From Candidatus Daviesbacteria bacterium (GTDB taxonomy: Bacteria; Patescibacteriota; Microgenomatia; Daviesbacterales; UBA10151), in assembly GCA_016187025.1 (NCBI GenBank), contig JACPKM010000001.1, forward strand, positions 245,688 to 309,687: a DNA stretch of 64,000 nucleotides, in the 5' to 3' direction. Each line of letters begins with the position of its first letter. Within the stretch, counting starts at the first letter, position 1. A program made the position numbers and the translations under genes. This document shows, piece after piece, positions 36,245 through 46,083 of this stretch. The notes below the pieces were generated by a model. It was not told the DNA's origin. It saw only the letters and a program-made list of their open reading frames with translations, and did not search any database.

Positions 36245-38539
36245 TTGATGAATAAGATAATAAATAAAGAGATTGATTTAAACGGTAGAAAGTTAAAACT
36301 TGAAACCGGTAAGATAGCCCAGCAAGCAGATGCTGCGGTAGTTGCTTCGTGGGGAGAAACAGTTGTTTTGGCAACCGTTGCAACCCAGCCTCAAAAAATA
36401 GATATTGGTTATTTTCCCTTGTCTGTTGAATATGTTGAAAAATATTATGCTGGGGGAAGAATTTCTTCTTCAAGATTTATTAAAAGAGAAGCAAGACCAT
36501 CAGAGGAAGCTGTTTTAACAGGAAGGTTGATTGACAGATCAATTCGCCCGCTTTTTCCTAAAGATTTTAAAAATGAGGTTCAGGTGATTGTGACTGTGTT
36601 ATCAATAGACCAAGCCAATGATCCAGATATAGTAGGTTTAATTGGGGCATCAGCTGCTTTATCCATATCTTCAGTTCCTTGGAATGGTCCTATTAGCGGC
36701 GTAAGAGTAGGAGTCAAAGAAGGAAAATTTGAAATAAATCCTACTATTGCAGAATTAGAACACTTAGAAATGGATTTGTTTATAGCTTCCACCCCGGAAA
36801 AAATAATTATGGTTGAGGCCCAAGGTAATCAGGTAGAGGATGAAGTTGTTTTTGAAGGAATAAAACTGGCATTTGAGTCATCCCAGCCAATAGTAAATCT
36901 TATAAAAGAGTTTGCCAAAGAAGCTGGAAAGCCTAAGATAGAGTATTCGCATATTGAAGAGCAAATTGAGGAAGCCCTTTTTAAAGAAGCCAAAGGGTTA
37001 ATGAAGGAAAAAGTCGAGAAAGCTCTCCTTGATTTAGAAAGCCCTTGGAGAGATGCCAAAGGGGAAGAAATTAAAGCAGAGCTTTCGGAAAAATATGCTG
37101 AGAGTTTGACTCCGGAGGTCATCTCTGGAATCTTTGAAAAGGTTGCCAGGGAGATCATGCATGAGACAGTTTTAGTTAAAAAACAAAGAGTAGATGGTAG
37201 GGCAATGGATGAGGTAAGACACATTGAAATGGAAGTTGGGGTTCTACCAAGAACTCATGGAAGTGCCATATTTACCCGCGGCGAGTCACAGGTTTTATCA
37301 GTAGCAACGCTTGGCGCTCCTTCTTTGCAACAAACCTTAGAAGGGATGGAAGGTGAAAGACAAAAGCGCTATATGCACCACTACAATATGGGTAATAATC
37401 CTTTTGCCTCAGGAGAAGTTAAAAGGCTTGGTACTCCCAACAGAAGAGATATAGGTCATGGTGCTTTGGCAGAAAAAGCTTTAATAGCAGTTTTGCCTAC
37501 ACAAGAAGAGTTTCCTTATGCAGTCAGGGTTGTTTCAGAAGTATTAGGGGCCAATGCTTCTACTTCCATGGCCTCTGTTTGTGGGTCAACTTTGGCTCTG
37601 CTTAATGCCGGAGCGCCATTAAAAGCTCCAGTTGCTGGAATTGCCCTTGGACTTTTATCTGATGAAAAAAGTTTTCAGGTAATCACTGATATGCAGGCAA
37701 TTGAAGACTTCTTCGGAGAGATGGATTTTAAAGTTGCAGGTACCCAAAAAGGAGTCACTGCAATTCAAATGGATACTAAACTTAATGGTTTAACTTTTGA
37801 AATCATTGAGGAAGCCTTAAAACAAGGTAAGCAAGCCAGACTTTTTATCTTAAAAGAGATGGAAAAAGTTATCCCAACTGCTGGTCCGCTATCTCCCCAT
37901 GCTCCTAGAGTGGATATATTACATATAAAACCAGAAGAGATTGGAATGTTGATTGGACCAGGTGGAAAAAATATTAATGGTATTATTGCAAAAACTGGAG
38001 CTCAAATTGACATTGAAGATGATGGTACGGTTATGGTATCTGGTACAGATCCTGAAGGGGTAGAAAAAGCTCTTCAGGCAATCGAGGGAATGTTTAAAAC
38101 AGTGACACCAGGAGAGGTATACACAGGTAAAGTGGTAAGACTGGCTCCGTTTGGTGCATTTGTGGAAATTTTACCTGGAAAAGATGGGTTGGTGCATATA
38201 TCTCAAATGGCTCCAGGGCATGTTGATACAGCAGAGGATATTGTGTCAGAAGGACAAGAGGTTCAAGTAAGAGTAACAGATGTTTCTCCTGACGGTAAAA
38301 TTGCTTTATCCATGTTGTTTGGTGAGGATATGAAACCAGAAACCGAAGGAAGGCCATCACGTACACCAGGTGGCTCATCTAGAGACAGAGGTGGGTTTGG
38401 AGGAGAAAGAAGAAGCGGTGGTGGATCTCGCAGGTTTGGCTTTGACCGGTCAGGTGGAGAAAGGCGTGGGGGATTTGATAGAGGAGGTTTTGACCGAAGA
38501 CGCGCAGGCGGTGGTAGAAGAGGTGGGTTTGGTAGATAG
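36245..38539 (+). CDS. pnp: polynucleotide phosphorylase with C-terminal Arg/Gly-rich (RGGF/RGGFD repeat) tail
   Basis: Two RNase PH domains, KH and S1 domains; about 60-aa RGG-type extension after the S1 domain. Confidence 0.9.
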   Translation: MMNKIINKEIDLNGRKLKLETGKIAQQADAAVVASWGETVVLATVATQPQKIDIGYFPLSVEYVEKYYAGGRISSSRFIKREARPSEEAVLTGRLIDRSIRPLFPKDFKNEVQVIVTVLSIDQANDPDIVGLIGASAALSISSVPWNGPISGVRVGVKEGKFEINPTIAELEHLEMDLFIASTPEKIIMVEAQGNQVEDEVVFEGIKLAFESSQPIVNLIKEFAKEAGKPKIEYSHIEEQIEEALFKEAKGLMKEKVEKALLDLESPWRDAKGEEIKAELSEKYAESLTPEVISGIFEKVAREIMHETVLVKKQRVDGRAMDEVRHIEMEVGVLPRTHGSAIFTRGESQVLSVATLGAPSLQQTLEGMEGERQKRYMHHYNMGNNPFASGEVKRLGTPNRRDIGHGALAEKALIAVLPTQEEFPYAVRVVSEVLGANASTSMASVCGSTLALLNAGAPLKAPVAGIALGLLSDEKSFQVITDMQAIEDFFGEMDFKVAGTQKGVTAIQMDTKLNGLTFEIIEEALKQGKQARLFILKEMEKVIPTAGPLSPHAPRVDILHIKPEEIGMLIGPGGKNINGIIAKTGAQIDIEDDGTVMVSGTDPEGVEKALQAIEGMFKTVTPGEVYTGKVVRLAPFGAFVEILPGKDGLVHISQMAPGHVDTAEDIVSEGQEVQVRVTDVSPDGKIALSMLFGEDMKPETEGRPSRTPGGSSRDRGGFGGERRSGGGSRRFGFDRSGGERRGGFDRGGFDRRRAGGGRRGGFGR

Positions 38540-38568
38540 TTTAAAGAATTTAGATTAAAATAACAGGT

Positions 38569-39606
38569 ATGGAAGGTACTGCCCAGGATTTAACTATCAA
38601 TTTCAAACAACAGATTACATCATCAAATATTCCTAACGAGATAAAAGAAAAGCTTTTAAATTTATTAAAGTTTTCAGGTTCACAAACTGGTGGATGGGCT
38701 GAATTTGAAAAAACAGCAAGCTACATTGAGTTTACACTGGCACTTCCGTTTGGAAAAGTAAGTAATGATATATTAGATCTAAACCGGGCAAAACAAATTT
38801 TAGACAGAGATCATTATGGTCTACAATCTGTAAAAGATAGAGTCTTAGAGTATTTATCAGTATTGATTTTACACAAGCAAAAAGGTGTTGGCTCAAGTTT
38901 CCATGCACCAATCCTGGCATTTATAGGACTTGTTGGTACCGGTAAAACTACAATTGCTTATTCAATAGCAGAAAGCTTAGGTAGACCAATCTTCCGTATA
39001 CCTTTTGGCGGGTTAGGAGATCCAGCTACCTTAAGGGGACAATCTAGAATCAAAGTTGATGCTGAAGCTGGACAGATTATGAAAGCAATAAAGCTTGCTC
39101 AAGTAAATAACCCTGTAATTCTTCTTGATGAGATTGACCGTGTCTCTGAAGAAGGAAAACTCGATATAATGGGAGTGTTAATTGAGCTTTTGGATCCGCA
39201 ACAAAATCATGCATTTATAGACAGATATTTAGATTTTTCTTATGATCTTTCACAAGTAATGTTTATTGCAACAGCCAACAACACTGGGAATATTTCTACT
39301 GCAGTTTTAGACAGGATTGAGCCTATTCAAATGCCTTCTTATTCAGACGAAGAAAAGATGGTGATTGGTAAAAAGCACTTGTTTCCAAAGGCATTGTCCG
39401 AAGCAGGGGTGGATAGTAGTAAAATAAATTTAGATGAATCAATTTGGCCAATGTTAATAAGGCCTTTGGGTTATGATGCCGGAATTAGATCTTTGTCTCG
39501 CAACCTACAGGGTTTAGCAAGAAAGGTTGCCAGAAAAATCGTTGAAGGAAATACTGGACCATTTAATATAAATAGTCAGAACTTAGGAGAATATTTAGAA
39601 AGTTAA
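38569..39606 (+). CDS. Lon-like AAA+ ATPase module without N-domain or S16 protease domain
   Basis: Collinear with the Lon segment ...ILDTDHYGLERVKDRILEYL...GPPGVGKTS...LLDEIDK...ATSN...LLDRME...EAGVRGL (here ILDRDHYGLQSVKDRVLEYL, GLVGTGKTT, ILLDEIDR, ATANN, VLDRIE, DAGIRSL); stops where the Lon protease domain would begin; next gene starts 4 nt later. Confidence 0.7.
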   Translation: MEGTAQDLTINFKQQITSSNIPNEIKEKLLNLLKFSGSQTGGWAEFEKTASYIEFTLALPFGKVSNDILDLNRAKQILDRDHYGLQSVKDRVLEYLSVLILHKQKGVGSSFHAPILAFIGLVGTGKTTIAYSIAESLGRPIFRIPFGGLGDPATLRGQSRIKVDAEAGQIMKAIKLAQVNNPVILLDEIDRVSEEGKLDIMGVLIELLDPQQNHAFIDRYLDFSYDLSQVMFIATANNTGNISTAVLDRIEPIQMPSYSDEEKMVIGKKHLFPKALSEAGVDSSKINLDESIWPMLIRPLGYDAGIRSLSRNLQGLARKVARKIVEGNTGPFNINSQNLGEYLES

Positions 39607-39609
39607 CCT

Positions 39610-41304
39610 ATGAAAAGTTTTGTACCAAAATTCAGTTTAAATAAAAATAATAATCAACCCCTAAAACTTATTCCCCTCGGGGGTGTTGGTGATGTGACAA
39701 AAAATATGTATATTTATGAATATGGTGACGATATTATAATCGTTGATTGCGGAGTAGGTTTTCCGGATGAAGCCATGCCAGGAGTTGATTTGGTAATTCC
39801 TGATATATCGTATTTAAGAGATAAAAAAAATAAGATAAAAGCAATCTTGATTACTCATGGTCATGATGATCATATAGGTGGACTGCCCTACCTTTGGCCA
39901 GAACTTCAGGTTCCAATATATACTCAAAAATTAACTTGTGGGTTTATTCGAACAAAATTTACCGAGTTTGGTTTACCAAAAAATTCAATTCATGAGGTAA
40001 AAATTTCTGATAAGCTAACCTTAGGAGCATTTAATATTTCTTTTTATCAAGTGTCTCATTCAGTACCAGACTCCATGGGAATTGTAATTGAAACCCCAGT
40101 TGGCAGAATCATACACCAGGCTGATTTTAAAATTGATTGGACACCTGTTTCTGGCCAGGTTACAGATGTAGGAAGGGTAGCCAATTTAGGGACAGCAGGA
40201 GTAAAGCTGCTTTTACTAGATTGTTTAAGAGTAGAAAAGCCCGGTTTTAATCCTTCAGAAAAATCAATTGAATCATCATTTGAAAAAGCAGCATTGGAAA
40301 CTTCTGGAAAAGTTTTAATTACTATGACCTCATCTAATGTTTCTAGAATGCAACAAGCGATAAATGTTGCAGCCAGGTTGGGAAGAAAGGTAGCTTTAGT
40401 AGGAAGGTCTTTTGAAAATAATTTTCAGGTTGCAAGAGATTTAGGATATCTACATGTACCACCTGGAGTCATAATAGCCTCAGATGCTATGTCTACATTT
40501 CCAGCAAATAAGCTACTAATTCTTATAGCCGGATCTCAGGGTCAAGCTGGTTCTTCATTATCAAGAGTTGCAAATGGTGAGCATAAATTAGTAAGAATTG
40601 GGGAGGGTGATAGTGTGGTTTTTTCAGCTGATCCTATACCTTCAACTGAAACAGAGTATAATGCCTTAATAGATTCATTAACCAGAATTGGCGTCAATGT
40701 TTATTATTCAGCAGTAACTTCTAATTTGCATGTGTCTGGTCATGCAGCAGCGGATGAATTAAAATTAATGATAAATTTGGCAAAACCTCAATACTTAATG
40801 GGTATTGGTGGAACTTTCAGGCATAACAAACTTTTTGCTAAAATGGCTCAGGATATGGGGTATAAACAAAATCAGGTTTTGGATGTAGAAGATGGAGACA
40901 TTATTAATATTTTACAAAATGATATAAAAGTTGAAGGTAAAATTGAGGTGCAAAATATTTACGTAGATGGTTTAGGAGTAGGAGATATTGGAAGTATTGT
41001 TTTAAGGGATAGAAGACTCATGAGCGAGGAGGGGATTATAGTTACGGTAATCTCTCTTGATCCTCAAACTGGAAAGATGGAAGGAGAACCAGAGATAATC
41101 TCTCGTGGTTTTGTTTTTGAGGCTTTGGCTACAGACTTATTAGACGAGGCAAAGCAAGTTGTCAAAGATAGTTTCCGTCAACACAGCAAGGGCAAGCTTG
41201 ATTGGAGGTTTTTAAGAAAAATGATAGAAGATGATTTAGAGAAGTTTTTATACAAGCATACAGAAAGGAGACCGATTATTTTACCTGTTATTGTGGAGAT
41301 ATAG
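39610..41304 (+). CDS. rnj: ribonuclease J (beta-CASP metallo-beta-lactamase)
   Basis: HGHDDHIGGLPYL motif, beta-CASP region, C-terminal domain; 564 aa. Confidence 0.85.
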   Translation: MKSFVPKFSLNKNNNQPLKLIPLGGVGDVTKNMYIYEYGDDIIIVDCGVGFPDEAMPGVDLVIPDISYLRDKKNKIKAILITHGHDDHIGGLPYLWPELQVPIYTQKLTCGFIRTKFTEFGLPKNSIHEVKISDKLTLGAFNISFYQVSHSVPDSMGIVIETPVGRIIHQADFKIDWTPVSGQVTDVGRVANLGTAGVKLLLLDCLRVEKPGFNPSEKSIESSFEKAALETSGKVLITMTSSNVSRMQQAINVAARLGRKVALVGRSFENNFQVARDLGYLHVPPGVIIASDAMSTFPANKLLILIAGSQGQAGSSLSRVANGEHKLVRIGEGDSVVFSADPIPSTETEYNALIDSLTRIGVNVYYSAVTSNLHVSGHAAADELKLMINLAKPQYLMGIGGTFRHNKLFAKMAQDMGYKQNQVLDVEDGDIINILQNDIKVEGKIEVQNIYVDGLGVGDIGSIVLRDRRLMSEEGIIVTVISLDPQTGKMEGEPEIISRGFVFEALATDLLDEAKQVVKDSFRQHSKGKLDWRFLRKMIEDDLEKFLYKHTERRPIILPVIVEI

Positions 41305-41345
41305 ACAATAACCCATAGTAAATGTGATATAATATAGCAAGCTTT

Positions 41346-43475
41346 ATGTCCCGCCGCCGTTCTCTCTACCATGTGCCTAAATTAAGGCTTAAGCAAAAAA
41401 CTATAATTGGCATTGCCACAATTATTGCTCTAATATCGGCTATTTTATCTGCAGTTGCTTTGGCTACAAACTCATCATATTTACAGTTTTGGCAAGAGTT
41501 TCTAATTGAAGTTTTCGGTTGGACCGCCTTTGTCTCACCCATCCTTTTTATTTTAGTTGGGTTGGTTTTACAAAGAGTTAAATGGTCTTTTGCTCAGATG
41601 AATGTGTTACTAGGATTGATTTTGATAATTTTAGGATCAACAAGTCTAACTGCTGCTATTTCTCAACAAAAAGCCGGGATCATTGGGTTAAACATATGGG
41701 AGCAACTATCAACCTTTTTGACTACAATTGGAGCCGGAGCTTTGCTTTTGGGATTATTACTGGTTGGGGTTGTAGTGATGCTTAATGCTTCACTTAGCCA
41801 AATCTTTGGAATATTTGGAAATATATTTTCACTTCTTAAAAATACTGTTTTTAAGGCACTGTTTTCTTTGTTCAACCGTCCGAAAACTTTTGAAGCCAAA
41901 AATATCCCTATAAGGGTTTCTGGAGTAGATGAAAAAAATAGAAGAGCTCAAGTTGGAAGAGAGCAACAACCAGCAAAAGATATGGTGATTGCTGATACTT
42001 TAGTACAAAACGTTGCCGGTCAATCAAAGATCTGGAAATATCCTAATTTAGGTCTTTTATCTGATAAAGTCGGATCAGCGGCAGACAGAGGAGATGTTAA
42101 GAAAAATGCTGCTACTATCGAAAGAACTTTGGATTCATTTGGAATCCAAGCTAGAGTCGCTGAAGTCAACGGTGGTCCGGCTGTTACTCAATATGCATTA
42201 GAGATTTCTGCTGGAACTAAAATATCAAAAATTGCCAACCTGCAGCATGATATAGCACTGGCTTTGGCAACTCCAACAGGAACTGTCCGTATTGAGGCAC
42301 CAATTCCGGGAAAGTCTTTAGTTGGAATTGAGGTGCCAAACCGGTCACTGGAAGTTGTCGGACTGAAAAATGTTTTAGCATCAGATGAAATAAGTAAACA
42401 TAAATCAAAATTGGCAGTTGCTTTAGGAAGGGATACTGCTTCTAAGCCGGTTGTGGTTGATATTGATCGGATGCCGCATTGTTTAGTTGCAGGAACAACC
42501 GGTTCTGGTAAATCAATACTTCTAAATGCTTTTATTTCTACCCTTTTGTTCAGGAACTCACCGGATGAGTTAAAGTTAATCTTGATAGATCCAAAAAGAG
42601 TGGAATTAACAAACTTCAATGGGATTCCTCATTTGCTAACACCGGTTATAACAGAGCCTGAGAAGATTCTTTCTTCTTTAAAATGGGCGATGGCAGAGAT
42701 GGATAGAAGGTATAAACTGTTCCAATCTGTGGGAGTGAGAAATATCCAGGGTTATAACGAAATGTCAGGGTTTCAAGCCTTGCCCTATATTGTAATTATT
42801 GTTGACGAGCTTGCTGATTTGATGATGTTTGCACCAGTTGAGGTTGAGGATTCAATTACTCGTATTGCCCAACTTGCCAGGGCAACAGGTATTCATTTGG
42901 TGGTAGCCACTCAAAGACCATCAGTTGATGTAATTACAGGTTTAATCAAAGCAAATATTCCATGCAGGGTAGCATTTAATGTTTCCTCAATGATTGATTC
43001 AAGAGTTATTTTAGATGGACCAGGAGCAGAAAAACTACTTGGACGAGGAGATATGTTGTTTTTACCTCCTGATGCCAGCAAACCAATGCGTGTTCAAGGT
43101 GTATATGTTCAAGATGCAGAAATTAATAACCTGATCAAATACTTAAAGGAGTTAGGGGTTGCTCCGCAATATACAGCAGAGGTAACTGAGATGCCAATTG
43201 GCAGAATGAATGGTAGGGGTGGATCAAGTGTATCTGCTGATGGGAGAGATGATCTATTTGAAGAAGCAGTTAGAACTGTGTGTCAGTACGACAGAGCTTC
43301 AGCATCACTTTTACAAAGAAGACTTAAAGTGGGATATGCCAGAGCTGCAAGGATTTTGGACGAGTTAGAAGAAGCCGGGATTGTAGGAACAGGAGAGGGT
43401 TCAAAACCCCGGGATGTTTTGGTCAAAAACGCTGATGAATATCTTGCCCAAAGTGCAGGAGCTTCTGAAGGCTAA
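41346..43475 (+). CDS. ftsK: DNA translocase FtsK/SpoIIIE
   Basis: N-terminal TM helices, Walker A GTTGSGKS, Walker B IIVDELADLM, C-terminal gamma winged-helix domain. Confidence 0.85.
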   Translation: MSRRRSLYHVPKLRLKQKTIIGIATIIALISAILSAVALATNSSYLQFWQEFLIEVFGWTAFVSPILFILVGLVLQRVKWSFAQMNVLLGLILIILGSTSLTAAISQQKAGIIGLNIWEQLSTFLTTIGAGALLLGLLLVGVVVMLNASLSQIFGIFGNIFSLLKNTVFKALFSLFNRPKTFEAKNIPIRVSGVDEKNRRAQVGREQQPAKDMVIADTLVQNVAGQSKIWKYPNLGLLSDKVGSAADRGDVKKNAATIERTLDSFGIQARVAEVNGGPAVTQYALEISAGTKISKIANLQHDIALALATPTGTVRIEAPIPGKSLVGIEVPNRSLEVVGLKNVLASDEISKHKSKLAVALGRDTASKPVVVDIDRMPHCLVAGTTGSGKSILLNAFISTLLFRNSPDELKLILIDPKRVELTNFNGIPHLLTPVITEPEKILSSLKWAMAEMDRRYKLFQSVGVRNIQGYNEMSGFQALPYIVIIVDELADLMMFAPVEVEDSITRIAQLARATGIHLVVATQRPSVDVITGLIKANIPCRVAFNVSSMIDSRVILDGPGAEKLLGRGDMLFLPPDASKPMRVQGVYVQDAEINNLIKYLKELGVAPQYTAEVTEMPIGRMNGRGGSSVSADGRDDLFEEAVRTVCQYDRASASLLQRRLKVGYARAARILDELEEAGIVGTGEGSKPRDVLVKNADEYLAQSAGASEG

Positions 43476-43481
43476 ATAGCA

Positions 43482-44210
43482 TTAATTATTCTGAGTACAA
43501 ACTTCTAAATCTATTAAAAGAGGGTAATGATCTGAGGCATCTGTTTCCACAATCTGGAAATTTTCTGCTTTTAAATCAGGTGTTGTAAAGATATAATCTA
43601 TTCTATATTTGGTTTTATTTGGATCACGGTAGTTGATCCAGCTTAGTTCTTTCATTTCAGGGTCAGTGTTTATTAACTTTTCACTCAACTTTCTAACTAC
43701 ATCAGATTCTGGTACTGAGTTAAAATCTCCCATTAAAACTGTATTTTTTTTATCAATTACTTTCAGCAAAGTATTTAGCTGAATTTCTCTAATTGCAACT
43801 GGTTTGCACTCTAGAGAAAACGCCAGATGAGTAGAGATAAAAGTAATTTCCCCCCCATTAATATTTATTTTTGCGATACATGCTCCTCTGGGCTCAGTCA
43901 TTGCCGCTTCTTCTTTTTTGTAGTCTTCAAGAGTACTTAGCAAAATACATTCATTTTCTGTAATTGAGAATTTAGACAAGACGGCATTGCCTAAATCATA
44001 TGGTGGGGTATGACGGTCTGTGGTGTAAGCTTTGCAATAAACAAAATCATATCCTAGTTTTTCAGCAATGATTTCTGCAATGTTTGTACCATCTTGTACT
44101 TTAATCTCCTGTAGACCTATGATATCAGCACTCTCTTTTTCTAAAACTTCAATAATTTTATCTAGGTGTTGTCCTTTCCAAATATTCCACGATAACACTT
44201 TGAGTTTCAT
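43482..44210 (-). CDS. xth: exodeoxyribonuclease III / EEP-family nuclease
   Basis: LKVLSWNI...GLQE N-terminal motifs and C-terminal SDHYPLLIDL. Confidence 0.65.
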   Translation of the reverse strand: MKLKVLSWNIWKGQHLDKIIEVLEKESADIIGLQEIKVQDGTNIAEIIAEKLGYDFVYCKAYTTDRHTPPYDLGNAVLSKFSITENECILLSTLEDYKKEEAAMTEPRGACIAKININGGEITFISTHLAFSLECKPVAIREIQLNTLLKVIDKKNTVLMGDFNSVPESDVVRKLSEKLINTDPEMKELSWINYRDPNKTKYRIDYIFTTPDLKAENFQIVETDASDHYPLLIDLEVCTQNN

Positions 44211-44240
44211 GTCGCTCTATTATATTAAATCTGCTAATAT

Positions 44241-44762
44241 TTGCACATGCAGTTTAAAAAAGGGATTTCTGAGAAACAGATTAATCAATTAATTTACTAT
44301 ACAAATAATGATTTGGATATCGGCAAGTTCACTAGTGACTTGAAACGGTTTAAAAATAGACAGATGTTTGATAAATGGCAGAAGAAAAAAAGAACTATCT
44401 TTACCATAACTGATGAAAAATCAAACTTGTTGGGGATTTTTTGGATTGGGGAAGAAGATTTGGCCGGTGAAAAGATTCCAAATCAAGATCTGCTCTTTTC
44501 TTTTAAAAGGGAAGATTATGGAATAACTTTTGCAGTTAGAATTTATGGGCAGGCAAGAGGAAAAGGTTTGGCAAAAGAATTTATTGAAAGATCTTTCAAA
44601 GAATTTAATGCCAAAAAGAAAATTTGGCTTGACACAAAAGTAGAGAACGAAAGAGCAATAAGTTTATACAAAAAATTAGGATTTAAAACTGCTACTAGGG
44701 CAGATAAAGAAGGTTGGATTATTATGATCCAAGAAGAAAGCCATGAAGCTCACACCAATTAA
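44241..44762 (+). CDS. GNAT family N-acetyltransferase
   Basis: Acetyl-CoA binding segment IYGQARGKGLAKEFIERS. Confidence 0.6.
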   Translation: MHMQFKKGISEKQINQLIYYTNNDLDIGKFTSDLKRFKNRQMFDKWQKKKRTIFTITDEKSNLLGIFWIGEEDLAGEKIPNQDLLFSFKREDYGITFAVRIYGQARGKGLAKEFIERSFKEFNAKKKIWLDTKVENERAISLYKKLGFKTATRADKEGWIIMIQEESHEAHTN

Positions 44763-45486
44763 AACTCACAAAATTACAAAAGAAGATAAAGATATTTTAA
44801 AAATTCTTGATAAATATATTGTTTCTATGAAAGAAAATTCTGTACTTGCAATTACCTCTAAAATTGTTGCGGTTTGTGAAGGAAGAGTAGTTGAAATATC
44901 TAAAACAAATAGAGATGAGTTAGTTGAGAAAGAAGCTGAGATTTATTTGTCACCCCGGGAAAACAAATATGGTTTTCATATAACTGTAAAACACAATATG
45001 TTGATTGCCTCTGCTGGGATAGATGAATCAAACGGTAATGGTTATTATGTGCTGTGGCCAAAAGATCCTCAGCAGGCAGCAAATCAAATTAGACAATACC
45101 TTAAGGCCCGGTTTAGCTTAACCAATGTCGGAGTAATAATCACTGACAGCAAAACAACTCCTTTAAGATGGGGTGTAACAGGGATTGCTTTGTCACATAG
45201 TGGTTTTGTAGCTTTAAACACATACGTTGGAAAACCGGATCTCTTTGGAAGGCCTTTACATGTTACTAAGGCAAATGCTATGGATGGGTTAGCAGCCAGT
45301 GCAGTTTTAGTTATGGGTGAAGGAGCAGAACAAACACCGATGGCAATTATAGAAGATGTTCCATTTGTTGAGTTTCAAGATAGAAATCCAACTCAGCAGG
45401 AATTAGACATGCTCAAAATCGAAATTGATGATGATATCTATGCTCCATTTTTAAAAAATGCTTCTTGGAGGAGGGGTAAGGGTTAA
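44743..45486 (+). CDS. CofE-like gamma-glutamyl ligase family protein
   Basis: IASAGIDESNGNG segment characteristic of F420-0:gamma-glutamyl ligase-like proteins; about 250 aa. Confidence 0.5.
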   Translation: MKLTPIKTHKITKEDKDILKILDKYIVSMKENSVLAITSKIVAVCEGRVVEISKTNRDELVEKEAEIYLSPRENKYGFHITVKHNMLIASAGIDESNGNGYYVLWPKDPQQAANQIRQYLKARFSLTNVGVIITDSKTTPLRWGVTGIALSHSGFVALNTYVGKPDLFGRPLHVTKANAMDGLAASAVLVMGEGAEQTPMAIIEDVPFVEFQDRNPTQQELDMLKIEIDDDIYAPFLKNASWRRGKG

Positions 45487-45971
45487 TCTTTTTGGCTTGG
45501 TATAACAGCTTCAATATTAGAAATCTGATCTAAGACCTTATCAACAGGAGCCAGAGCCTCTTTCAGTCTTTTTTCTTCCTCTGCCTTTTTAATTCTAAAG
45601 AGCTGGTCATCAGCGGTTTTTTTAAACCTGTTAAATTGAGCAACTTCTAAATGAAGGTAAGCCAGAATTAATTTTTCACATCTGTTTTCAATCATATTTT
45701 TAATATTTGTAAATAGCATAATGTAGGAATCCTTTCCTGAATCCGGATGTTTACTATGGCTTATTTCAACCTGATAATCTTTTAAATTTATCCGGTAGTG
45801 AAATTGCAGAGAACTTGGGTCAAACCTGGATAAATCTGTATGAGATACGGTGATCAAATCCTTGTCTATTAATTTTATAAGTTGTAAGATATACTTTTCT
45901 GCTTGCCCGGAGTCTCCGTTAGGAGGCAAGCCTACTGGACTGTTAATATCTACATCATCAGAATTAGGCAT
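45483..45971 (-). CDS. hypothetical protein
   Basis: 162-aa ORF convergent with and overlapping the preceding gene by 4 nt; no motif recognised. Confidence 0.35.
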   Translation of the reverse strand: MPNSDDVDINSPVGLPPNGDSGQAEKYILQLIKLIDKDLITVSHTDLSRFDPSSLQFHYRINLKDYQVEISHSKHPDSGKDSYIMLFTNIKNMIENRCEKLILAYLHLEVAQFNRFKKTADDQLFRIKKAEEEKRLKEALAPVDKVLDQISNIEAVIPSQKD

Positions 45972-46083
45972 TGGTCCCTATATTAAAAGTTTTACTTCAA
46001 AGTGTCAATTGGATCAAATAGTAAAGTAGTATAAACAAATAACTTAATCTAAACTGCTAACCATATGCGCTATACTATACAGC

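Noticed and set aside
36135-36473. 112-aa minus-strand ORF spanning the rpsO-pnp spacer and the pnp start.
   Set aside because: Antisense to the well-supported pnp N-terminus. The spacer hairpin (AGATAAG...CTTATCT at about 36168-36192) is more plausibly a pnp leader element.
38341-38539. Short periodic nucleotide repeats (ggtggatttga-type units), considered as a possible CRISPR or tandem-repeat array.
   Set aside because: The units are irregular, in-frame and encode the RGG tail of PNPase. There are no spacer-repeat regularity and no cas genes.
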